40,165 nucleotides of DNA, from positions 1 to 40,165 of the forward strand of contig CAJFCJ010000148.1 of assembly GCA_904063045.1 (NCBI GenBank), given 5' to 3'. The notes beneath the pieces were generated by a model. That model saw only the letters and a list, made by a program, of their open reading frames with translations. It was not told the origin of the DNA and searched no databases. This DNA is from Dimorphilus gyrociliatus. Taxonomy: Eukaryota > Animalia > Annelida. The position numbers were made by a program, and so were the translations under genes. Positions 21,951 through 31,308 of this stretch are shown piece by piece (the first letter of the stretch is position 1; the number at the start of each line of letters is the position of its first letter).

Positions 21951-23687
21951 ATGTATATCAACATTAGCCTATCCAAAAACAGAAATATGGGGAATGGCTT
22001 TAAAGTGATATGTGATGGCCTAAAATATTCTTCAAAATCTATGAAAACAATTAAACTTAACAGTTGTCAGTTGAATGCAGAGCAAGCAGAATGTTTAGGA
22101 GAAACATTTAGACAGTGTTCAGCATTGGAGGATGTCGATTTATCATTTAATAAGAATATGAAGAATGGTTTTAAAGTGATATGTAATGGACTCATGTCTT
22201 CTTCAAACTCTATGAAAACGATTAGACTTTATGAATGTGATTTGAATGATGAACAAGCTAAATGTCTAGGAGAAACATTTAAACAGTGTTCAGCAATGGA
22301 GGATGTTGATTTATCATTTAATAAGAATATGAGGAATGGTTTTAAAGTGATATGTAATGGACTCATATCTGCTTCAAACTCTATGAAAATGATTAGACTT
22401 TATGAATGTGATTTGAATGATGAACAAGCTAAATGTCTAGGAGAAACATTTAAACAATGTTCAGCATTGGAGACTGTGGATTTCACTTGGAATCAAAATA
22501 TGAGGAATGGCTTTAGAGTGATATGTGATGGACTCAAATCTTCTTCAAACTCTTTGAAAATGATTAAATTTTATGTATGCAATTTAAATGATGAACAAGC
22601 TAAATGTCTAGGAGAAACATTTAAACAGTGTTCAGCTTTGGAGTATATTGATTTATCATCCAATGAGAATATGGGGAATGGCTTTAAAGTGATATGTGAT
22701 GGTCTCAAAGCCTCTTCAAACTCTATGAAAATGATTAAACTTGATGAATGTGATTTGAATGATGAACAAGCTAAATGTCTAGGAGAAACATTTAGACAGT
22801 GTTCAGTATTGGAGTATGTTGATTTATCATCCAATGAGAATATGGGGAATGGCTTTAAAGTGATATGTGATGGTCTCAAATCCTCTTCAAACTCTATGAA
22901 AACAATTAGACTTTATGAATGTGATTTGAATGATGAACAAGCTAAATGTCTAGGAGAAACATATAAACAGTGTTCATATTTGGAGTATGTTGATTTTACA
23001 TGGAATCAAAGTATGAGGAATGGCTTTAAAGTGATATGTGATGGACTCAAATCCTCTTCAAACTCTATGAAAACGATTAAACTTTATGAATGCAATTTGA
23101 CTGATGAACAAGCTAAATGTCTAGGAGAAACATTTAAACAGTGTTCAGCTTTGGAGGATGTTGATTTATCATTTAATAAGAATATGAAGAATGGCTTTAA
23201 AGTGATATGTGATGGCCTCAAATCTTCTTCATACTCTATGAAAACAATTAAACTTTTTGAATGTGATTTGAATGATAACCTAGCTAAATGTCTAGGAGAA
23301 ACATTTAAACAATGTTCAGTGTTGGAGGATGTTGATTTGTCATCCAATGAGAATATGGGGAATGGCTTTAAAGCGATATGTGATGGACTCAAATCTTCTT
23401 CAAACTGTTTGAAGAAAGTAGACTTTGATAGGTGTGAGTTGAATAAAGAACAAGCTAAATGTCTAGGAGAAACATTTGAACAGTGTTCAGCATTGGAGTA
23501 TGTTGATTTATCATCCAATGAGAATATGGGGAATGGCTTTAAAGTGATATGTGATGGACTCAAATCTTCTTCAAACTGTTTGAAGAAAGTAAACTTTGAT
23601 AGGTGTGAGTTGAATAAAGAGCAAGATATATTTCTAGGAAAAACATTTAAACATTTTTCAGCAGGAGAAGATATATTTGTGACATGA
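21951..23687 (+). CDS. RNI/NLR-type leucine-rich-repeat protein (about ten 57-aa units), 578 aa, no NACHT seen
   Basis: Uninterrupted ORF with 171-bp periodicity (GAAACATTT at about 22101, 22272, 22443, 22614...); unit MKTIRLYECDLNDEQAKCLGETFKQCSALEDVDLSFNKNMRNGFKVICDGLKSSSNS; in-frame TGA two codons upstream of the ATG. Confidence 0.85.
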   Translation: MYINISLSKNRNMGNGFKVICDGLKYSSKSMKTIKLNSCQLNAEQAECLGETFRQCSALEDVDLSFNKNMKNGFKVICNGLMSSSNSMKTIRLYECDLNDEQAKCLGETFKQCSAMEDVDLSFNKNMRNGFKVICNGLISASNSMKMIRLYECDLNDEQAKCLGETFKQCSALETVDFTWNQNMRNGFRVICDGLKSSSNSLKMIKFYVCNLNDEQAKCLGETFKQCSALEYIDLSSNENMGNGFKVICDGLKASSNSMKMIKLDECDLNDEQAKCLGETFRQCSVLEYVDLSSNENMGNGFKVICDGLKSSSNSMKTIRLYECDLNDEQAKCLGETYKQCSYLEYVDFTWNQSMRNGFKVICDGLKSSSNSMKTIKLYECNLTDEQAKCLGETFKQCSALEDVDLSFNKNMKNGFKVICDGLKSSSYSMKTIKLFECDLNDNLAKCLGETFKQCSVLEDVDLSSNENMGNGFKAICDGLKSSSNCLKKVDFDRCELNKEQAKCLGETFEQCSALEYVDLSSNENMGNGFKVICDGLKSSSNCLKKVNFDRCELNKEQDIFLGKTFKHFSAGEDIFVT

Positions 23688-23899
23688 GAAAAAACAATAC
23701 TTGATATGTCTAAAATACAGGCCATGTTGAAAAAATCCATATATGGAAAAAAAATAATTTTTAAACTTTGTTTTTCTGCAATTTTGAAGAATAAATTTCT
23801 TTTCTTTAAATAGAAAAATGTTTTTTAAAGGGTATTTTTTTACTATAGACAGCAACTATTTCTTTACAATTATCTTTTATAATTTAAAGTGAGTTATTA

Positions 23900-24955
23900 A
23901 TATCCATACAAATATGTTTTTGGTCTAAATAATTTATAGAACATTTGAATTTTGAACAATTTAGTTTTAGCAGACAATTGTTTCAACTTATTAGTCATTA
24001 TGAAATATGACAAGCAAATAAGGCAGCTGGTAAGATGGAAAAAAGCCAGATTACCTATGAAGAATTAGAAAGGGATTTGAATATCTCTAAGTCTTCATTC
24101 CAGTATATTTGTGAGAATAAAAGGGAAGGACAAGCTTATAGGAGGGGAAGACCATCAAAAGTGAGTAAAAAAACAACGTCTCTATTCATCAGAGAATGTG
24201 CAAGACTGCAAGGTCGAAAGGAGTTGACAACAGCAAACATCATAAAGAAAAATTTAAACTTGGAGGTGTCAAAAAGAATAATCCAGAGAGTTCTGAAAGA
24301 AGAGGGGGCAAGCTATCTAGCTTTTCCTAAAGTTTGCCCTCTTTCAGAAGGGGCTGAAAGGAACAGACTAACCATATTAGGTCGATGAATCAAGAGTCAA
24401 ATTGACAATTGTAAAATTATTCTTACAGATGAGTCAAGATTCTCCCTAGATGGACCAGGTCACATGTTAAAGTGGCAGTTAGATGATGCACCAAGACTAT
24501 CCAGGGATAAGGTTCCTATTGATGGAGGAGGAGTGATGGTGTGGGGGTATATATCCTTTTTTGGTGAAGTTTTCTTCCAAAGACTTTACTTTAACATAAC
24601 TGGAGAAATATACTCCGAGTTCATACAGGGAATAATGTTTCCTTGATTGGCCTCCATACTCTGCTGACCTCAAGCCCATAGAGAATTTATGGGGTTATTT
24701 GAAACAAAAAATTTATAAAATTGAGAAACCTAATGGAATAAGAGTCAAGAGGAAGTTGAAAAAATTAATAAATTTGATAGAGATTTTGTAAAGCAGTTGT
24801 ATGAAGAAATGGGGAGGAGAGTTTGGCAGGTTATTGTTAACAAAGGGAACAGGATTGATAAGTAACTCTTTAACTAACATAAAAAATATAAATTTGAAAA
24901 AAAGATGTAGACAAACTAATTAGTTAAGGTTATATGGATATTTTTGGCGCCCTTG
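23900..24955 (+). mobile_element. Decayed Tc1-family DNA transposon
   Basis: HTH region GRPSKVS, ILTDESRFSLDGP, GGGVMVWGYIS, WPPYSADLKPIENLWGYLK; the segment with the second catalytic Asp (QDNA) is deleted; remnant inverted ATATCCATA at 23900 and about 24933-24941. Confidence 0.9.
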
Positions 24956-25094
24956 TTTTTTTTTAATAAATAAATTTGGTTCTAACAAATGGAATCCATT
25001 TTTCAATTTATAACATATTCTTCAACAAATATCTTTAAAAAAAAACAGAAAATTTTGTCAAAGAAATTAAAAATTTATGGCTAAAACTTTTTTG

Positions 25095-25320
25095 TTTTTT
25101 TCATATTTGAATATTTTTGATGCTGGCTGTATAATCCCTAAACAAAGGCTACAAGACAAACATATGCATCTACACAGCACAACTACCTTATCAATATCTG
25201 GAAATAAGTAAAATAGAACACCTTTGAGTTTTAACTTTTTAAAGTGATATAGCACAAATATCACCTTTTTCAAACTCCTCCCAAAATTCATAAATTTTCT
25301 TCTGCATGTTGACATAGATT
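25095..25320 (-). repeat. Dispersed repeat family B (gene-derived)
   Basis: Homologous to 18100-18345; translation FKKLKLKGVLFYLFPDIDKVVVLC. Confidence 0.7.
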
Positions 25321-26214
25321 TTTTTTGGTATCCAATAAATCTTTTTTCATATTATGAATATTAGTTTAATATGGTTTTTGAACACTAGTGGATTTTTTTA
25401 CAAGTTCAGTGGGCATTTTCAACAAACACAGTGGGCGTTCTCAACAAGGGGCATTTTAACAAGAAATCATTTGGAATCTCATCCATTTTCAGTTCAAAAA
25501 ATAATTTATCTGGTTGCTTTGGCCTTTGATTTTCTTTTTATCTGCTAACTGATCTTTTAATTGAATAAATTTGAGCAAAGAATTAGAATTGGCTCTAGAG
25601 TCCATTACAACATCATCCGCTAATCTTTTCCCAGATCTTTCACCTCTTAGTGAACAGGTCCAGTATTACTTTAGAATACAGTTATATTATTCTTACATTT
25701 TGGTTCTATATTCATATATATCTATATTCATCCTCCCTCAATTCTTCATCTCACTTCTAAGTTACTTACTCCTAATTTGGTTCTATTTGGACCAGTCCTT
25801 ACCTACAACCCCCAGCAGGAGAGTACAGTTGTATTTTCTTTAATTCTTTAATTCTCTTTGAAATATTGAAATTAATGCAATTTGCCTAGTTTTGGTCTTA
25901 GAAAGTTTGCATTATTCTATCCAACAAATTGATGAGAATGATAATCATAATCATAAACCCAAGCCCTAAATCGGAACAAGCATAATTTTTCAGGTTTTAA
26001 AACCATAAACTCTAACCGTCAATCAAAAAATTACTGATTCAACTAACTTTAAAACCACACAGCTATTTTTATTACCAAATCATAACTGATGGGTATACAT
26101 ATTGTTGCAGTTGGGTTTTGTAATGGTAAAACAGGTATCTGCAGACAGGTATTAAAGGTGAAAGCTTATTGTAAACGCTATTGTAAGGAGTGAGTTCTTT
26201 TATGGAGTTCTATT

Positions 26215-26440
26215 TTGATTAAAGAGCAATGTCGGAAGACTTGGAATTCTCTTGAAAAAATTTGTCAAGGACTTCAGCAATCATCAAAAACATTGAATTC
26301 TCTTGACTTGTCCAGGTATAGATTAAATGAAGAACAAAGTAAAAACTTAGGTAATGCATTAAAAAATTGTTCTAATATAGAAACAATAAGACTGAGTATG
26401 AATTCAAAGATGAGAAATGAATTTTTGATGTTTGTGAAGG
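26215..26440 (+). pseudogene. Fragment of the 57-aa-unit LRR family
   Basis: EKICQGLQQSSKTLNSLDLSRYRLNEEQSKNLGNALKNCSNIETIRLSMNSKMRNEF aligns to the 21951 unit. Confidence 0.75.
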
Positions 26441-26459
26441 AATTCAAAAATCCTGGTAT

Positions 26460-26760
26460 ATTCCATAATATAAGCTTTCTATTCCACAACATTTCTCCAA
26501 AAGATTTCCTATACTGAAACACTCAACTATGGTCAATAAATAGCCCCTAAAATGAAATATTTTTAATGTTGTTAATGAACTTTTTTCAAGTCCTTCACAT
26601 ATTTCAGATGTACTATAAATTCTATTCCAGCTAACATTAACTATTTCCAGATAAGAGCAATTTTTAAATAGTTCTCCAACAGCAAAAGATGACTCCATTT
26701 CCTCTCCTAAATTTAAACCACATTTCATAAAATTAATTTCTTTAATAATATAACCCTTTA
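26460..26760 (-). pseudogene. Second fragment of the 57-aa-unit LRR family, convergent with 26215
   Basis: IKEINFMKCGL...VGELFKNCSYLEIVNVSWNRI..EICEGLEKSSLTTLK. Confidence 0.7.
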
Positions 26761-26775
26761 CATCAATCCAACAAA

Positions 26776-27025
26776 ATGCTATTCCAAAGATAGTCAAACA
26801 TATTGTCTTCCTTCTGGTTGTATTGATGGTTATTTAACCAAATCTGATGATGGAAGTTGTGTGAAATGTGACATATCTTGTTCCAGATGTTATATGAAGA
26901 ATGATGGAAATCTGGGTTGTTCTAAATGTGCTTCTGGTTATACTTTTGATGATGATAGAAATTGTGTACTCTGTCCACGAAATTATGTAAAATGTGATTG
27001 GAGTGCAGTTAAATCAGAAACTAAA
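26776..27025 (+). pseudogene. Furin-like (CxxC-rich) cysteine repeat exon fragment
   Basis: CYSKDSQTYCLPSGCIDGYLTKSDDGSCVKCDISCSRC...CSKCASGYTFDDDRNCVLCP; runs into a repeat at about 27030. Confidence 0.65.
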
Positions 27026-27094
27026 ATTTTTAAAAGAATACATCTATTTGAAAGAAAAATTGAATATTTAAATGTACACATACATTCGTCAGCT

Positions 27095-27490
27095 GTCCAC
27101 AAACAGTCTAACAAATGTAATTTTAGTAGAAATGAATCAACAAAACAGCAGTATTTTGTCCAAAGAATATGTATTGAGTAAAATGAGCTTCTAGTTCTAA
27201 ACAAGCTAGTTTAAACAACCAGCTGACAGTTAGAGAACTGAACTCTCAACTGTTAATTTCATAGTGTTTATATACTCTTTACAGGGTTGATAGTTCACAA
27301 ATTATAATGTTCACAAAAACAAAAGTAACATTTGAAGACAAAGAAAAGTTATAAATATGCTCATGCTTTTTCTTGTTTTGCTCTCCTAAATAATAGTTGA
27401 ATTTCTCAGGTTGGAGAGTTGCATAAGATGTAACAATTTTAATACAACAAGTCAAACAATCAAGAAAAAATGTGGATTGTATATTTGACT
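27095..27490 (+). repeat. Dispersed repeat family A
   Basis: Close similarity to 9825-10200 plus 11679-11730. Confidence 0.85.
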
Positions 27491-27539
27491 GTTTTTATAT
27501 TCTACTTTTGTGCACTTAGAAATGTCAACATAATAATAT

Positions 27540-27885
27540 TAAGACTTTAGATATTATAGAACTTTAGAAAGGCTTTTATTTCGTAGCAATTATAATTGGG
27601 GAACTATAGAAAGAGTTTTATTTAGTAGAATTAGATTCTAGAACTTTAAAAAGACCTTCATTTCGTAGGAAACAGATTCTTTGACCAAAACAGATGTTGC
27701 ATTATGGAATTAACAATGGAACAAACAATATAGAAAAAAATGCATGTCAAAATTGTTACATCTTATTCAAAAACAGATGCCGAAGAGGCAGGCTTGTTTT
27801 TGCAGTGCCACATGTTAGCCAGAAGTGATGCAATAGTTTTTCATGTCTTTGTTATATGTCCATTGTGAGACTGTTACATTTCAAC
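27540..27885 (-). repeat. Dispersed repeat family C
   Basis: Reverse complement of 21290-21700. Confidence 0.85.
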
Positions 27886-27894
27886 TTAAAACAT

Positions 27895-28290
27895 GTATTA
27901 AAACATCACTGTGACTCTGAAGATGCTATTCCATCAATGGATAACAGGGAAAGATTAGCAAATTAGACAAAAAGGAGATTTCAGCCAGCAGAGCCAACAG
28001 ATGTCCAATCAAATTTTGATTTATCATTTATACCAGATAATTTTTTAGTAAAAGATGTTAAACTGAAAGATGACAGGATAATATTATTTACAACTCCAAA
28101 ACAAATTGAGCTTTTGTCCAAGGGAAGGATATGGTTTTTGGATGGTACATTCAAACGTGTAAGAGATGCATTTTACCAATTGTTCACTGTTCATGGATTC
28201 ATTAAAAAACATGGAGAAATGAAACAAGTTCCCTTACCCTTTGCATTTATGACCTCCAAGAAAAAGACAGCTTACATGAAATTATTTTAG
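27895..28290 (+). mobile_element. MULE transposase core relic
   Basis: IPDNFLVKDV...ILFTTPKQIELLSKGRIWFLDGTFKRVRDAFYQLFTVHGF...KQVPLPFAFM, containing the first catalytic D (DGTF). Confidence 0.9.
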
Positions 28291-29475
28291 GCATAAATAC
28301 TTTTCAATTTGAAGAAACAAAATATTACAAATGTTAAAACAATCAATAAAGGTCATGGTTGGTTATGATTGCTTCACCATATATTGACTAAGTATGTGGC
28401 GGGTAATATCCATACAATCCCTGGTTCTTCATTTAATCAATAAATGGTCCAAAATGTATTGATGTGGTCTATTTTTTAATAAATCCATGAACAGTGAACA
28501 ATTGGTAAGTTAACCAATAATGACAATTCTTACTCTTACTACAAAGCTTTTTGTATGCTAAAGATAGTTTTGAAAGAAATAACTATCAACTAAGCAATTC
28601 ATATTTCACACATAAAATCAACAATATAATTTTCACCAACGTTTTTAAGGAACTCAGGTATGCAATTGATATTTTACAAGATAATCCCTCTACTCTAACA
28701 TGAGCTGGGGAGTGGCAAGCACATTCACAATGACAGACATTGTGTTGACAGGTTGAAGTATCTTTAAGTGAGGCATACATTTTAGGAATAACTGTCAAAA
28801 TGTCCTGGCCCCTTTTATTTGTACTGATTTTTCTATAAAATATAAATTTATGCTAAGTATTTCATTGAATCTGTCAATGGTTTTTCTCATGCTTTCCATT
28901 TGTATATTTTAGATAAAAAAAATGTAAAAAATTACAATGTCAACATTTTAGATGCACTCATTGGTTGATAAAATAAAAAAGTGTAAGAATTTAGCACAAT
29001 GAATCCATACAAGTTGTCACTTTTTTGGGGTATTTTCTATCAGAAGGTGATTTTATTTTTCTTTTGTTTTCATTTGATTAAAAGTAGATGATCAAGGCTG
29101 GAGATACAATGGTGAACATTGGTAGTTACATTCGCATTGACTTTTAGTTAGACCACCATTTCCAGGACCTAATTAAAATACATGTTTATTCAAATGTAAT
29201 ATGATGTCATATAAAAAAGTGATAAAACTCACATGATCTAATTAAATTAATATTGTGGCCAGTCTTAATGATGTTAGTCATACCACACTGAAGATAGGCA
29301 TTTTGTATACAATAGATCTACCAATATTCCAAAGATCTTTAGGTGCAGAACCACTGGTTGATCATGAAAAGTGTATTGATCAATGAATTAGACTGGTTCG
29401 TATCTATTAAAGATACAAAGATAAAAAATAAGACAAGAAAATAATAGTGTTTAGTCTATTTCAAAATTTATTTAT

Positions 29476-30120
29476 TCAAAATGTGACTTTTATCAACTCT
29501 ATCAGCAATTCGCTCTTATAAACTGGTGCATATTTATAATCCTTGACAAAATATGCATGTACAAATATATTAATCCAGGGAGGTTGTAGAGCATTTTTAC
29601 ATTTATAATTAAAGCTATTGATTGTTCTAACAGGTATATATTCTGAAGATGCTGAAAAAGTTGCTTCATTCTTCTCAGAAGAGATATGGATAAGTTTACC
29701 ACCTAAAACAATTTTAAGGAAATTGAAAATACTAGAATTGTTCTTTTTTTCTATATTTACTGATAAGATTTTGTGTTGAATGAGATATTCTAATAATAAA
29801 CATTTCTGAATAACAGAATGTTCAAATTTAGATATGTTATTCATGGATAAAAATGATAAAAGAATCTTAAAGATATTAGTATTATTGGATGTAAATGATA
29901 AAAGTGTCTTCAAAATATATCAACCTTTAATAAAAGAAAGTATTTTTAAACAATCCGAATTATTGTTTAATTGTATAGAAAATCAAAATTTTTTTTTGAA
30001 ATTACAATGACTCAAGTGAAATTTGGAAAATTTGACAATAATTTACAACTATTAATAACAGATGGAGGAGATTTTAATTCATTTTAACCAATAAAGATAT
30101 TACCAAAGTATAGAGTATCA
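29476..30120 (-). pseudogene. Decayed extracellular-type LRR relic
   Basis: NELKSPPSVINSCKLL and LSFLSMNNISKFEHSVIQKCLLLEYL; multiple stops and frameshifts. Confidence 0.4.
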
Positions 30121-30179
30121 AATATAATTAATAATTTTCTTTAAAGGTTAAAGTTCATTGTTTTGGTGTGCAATTATTA

Positions 30180-30596
30180 GGTTGCCTGAGTAATAATATA
30201 GAAATAGACAAAATAGAAATGAGAAGAGTACAATAAGAAAAAGTGTTAAAATTGATCTATAATTGTTGAAAATTTATCATAATGAAAAGGATATTTTATC
30301 ATGATAAATCTATATATAATACAAAATAAAAGGAATATTTGAGACTGAACATATAAAATAGCTATTAATAAATGAATTAAAATACAAAATGATGGAAATA
30401 TTGCTTCAAGATTTGTTGATTTTAACATTTTTGATTCCTTAATATTCCATATTAATGTTAGAAGTTCTGCAATTGTTATTGCTGGAATAAAAATTATAAC
30501 TGATTTATTAATATCTCTATATTTCCAAATAGTAAAAAGTACAAGTCTATTAAGAATTATTCCCAAAATAAATTTAGAATAATAGATTGTTTCCAA
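30180..30596 (-). pseudogene. Class A GPCR fragment (TM1-TM4)
   Basis: ILGIILNRLVLFTI (TM1), AITIAELL (TM2), IFLLFCIIYRFIMIKYPFHY (DRY-region pattern); stop before a TM4-like hydrophobic stretch. Confidence 0.6.
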
Positions 30597-31308
30597 TATT
30601 GAAAATTCTAATTTTCCAATGAATATCCATCAGTTGTATTTGTTTCATTCATTTTCGAAGACTATAAGATAGTGAAGAGGGATTGAGTCAGAGAGAGAAA
30701 GACAATTTCTAATAATAATATAATGTGCATGAAAGAGAAAACAGCTCAATGTTTGATTAATGGAAGGACTGTGTCAATAAATAAGAGAAAAAGATGTGAT
30801 GGAGTAGTGAGAAAACTAGGTGAAACAGAGCTGGAAAGACCAGATATGCAAAGCCTCAGAAGAAGATCATGGTTAGAAAATGGTTAGATATCAAGTAAAA
30901 GGCAGTCAAGGTTAAGGAAGAAGCTATGAATGAACAGTGAAAAACAATTGGTGTTTGGAAAGAAAGAAAGGAATATTGATTAATATAGAAATAATGATGC
31001 AGAGTATGAGCGAAACTTTAGACAGAATATATAACATTAGATAAATAAATTAACATTTATTGAAATATTTGACACAAGACATTTCTCAATCAATCATCTT
31101 GTTCACAAACTGGAAATCATGCAATTACTATTTAAAAGAAAACAACTATTAATATTAATTTTTAATATTTTCTGAGCGAAAATACCTATTTGACTAATGA
31201 AATTCATGTATAATAATGTATATTACATTGTATTACAAAGAAATGGGACGCCATTTTAGTTATTTTAATACTCATCAACACATTTAGTTTCTCTCTGCCA
31301 AGCTATAG

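Noticed and set aside
22571-23740. Antisense ORFs of 102 and 218 aa
   Set aside because: Shadow frames of the tandem LRR repeat; no independent coding signal
25560-25700. YWTCSLRG on the minus strand as a FLYWCH finger of the MULE
   Set aside because: Too short; the remaining Cys/His ligands are not found
30660-31020. Purine-rich stretch as a retroelement fragment
   Set aside because: Compositional bias only; no motif identified
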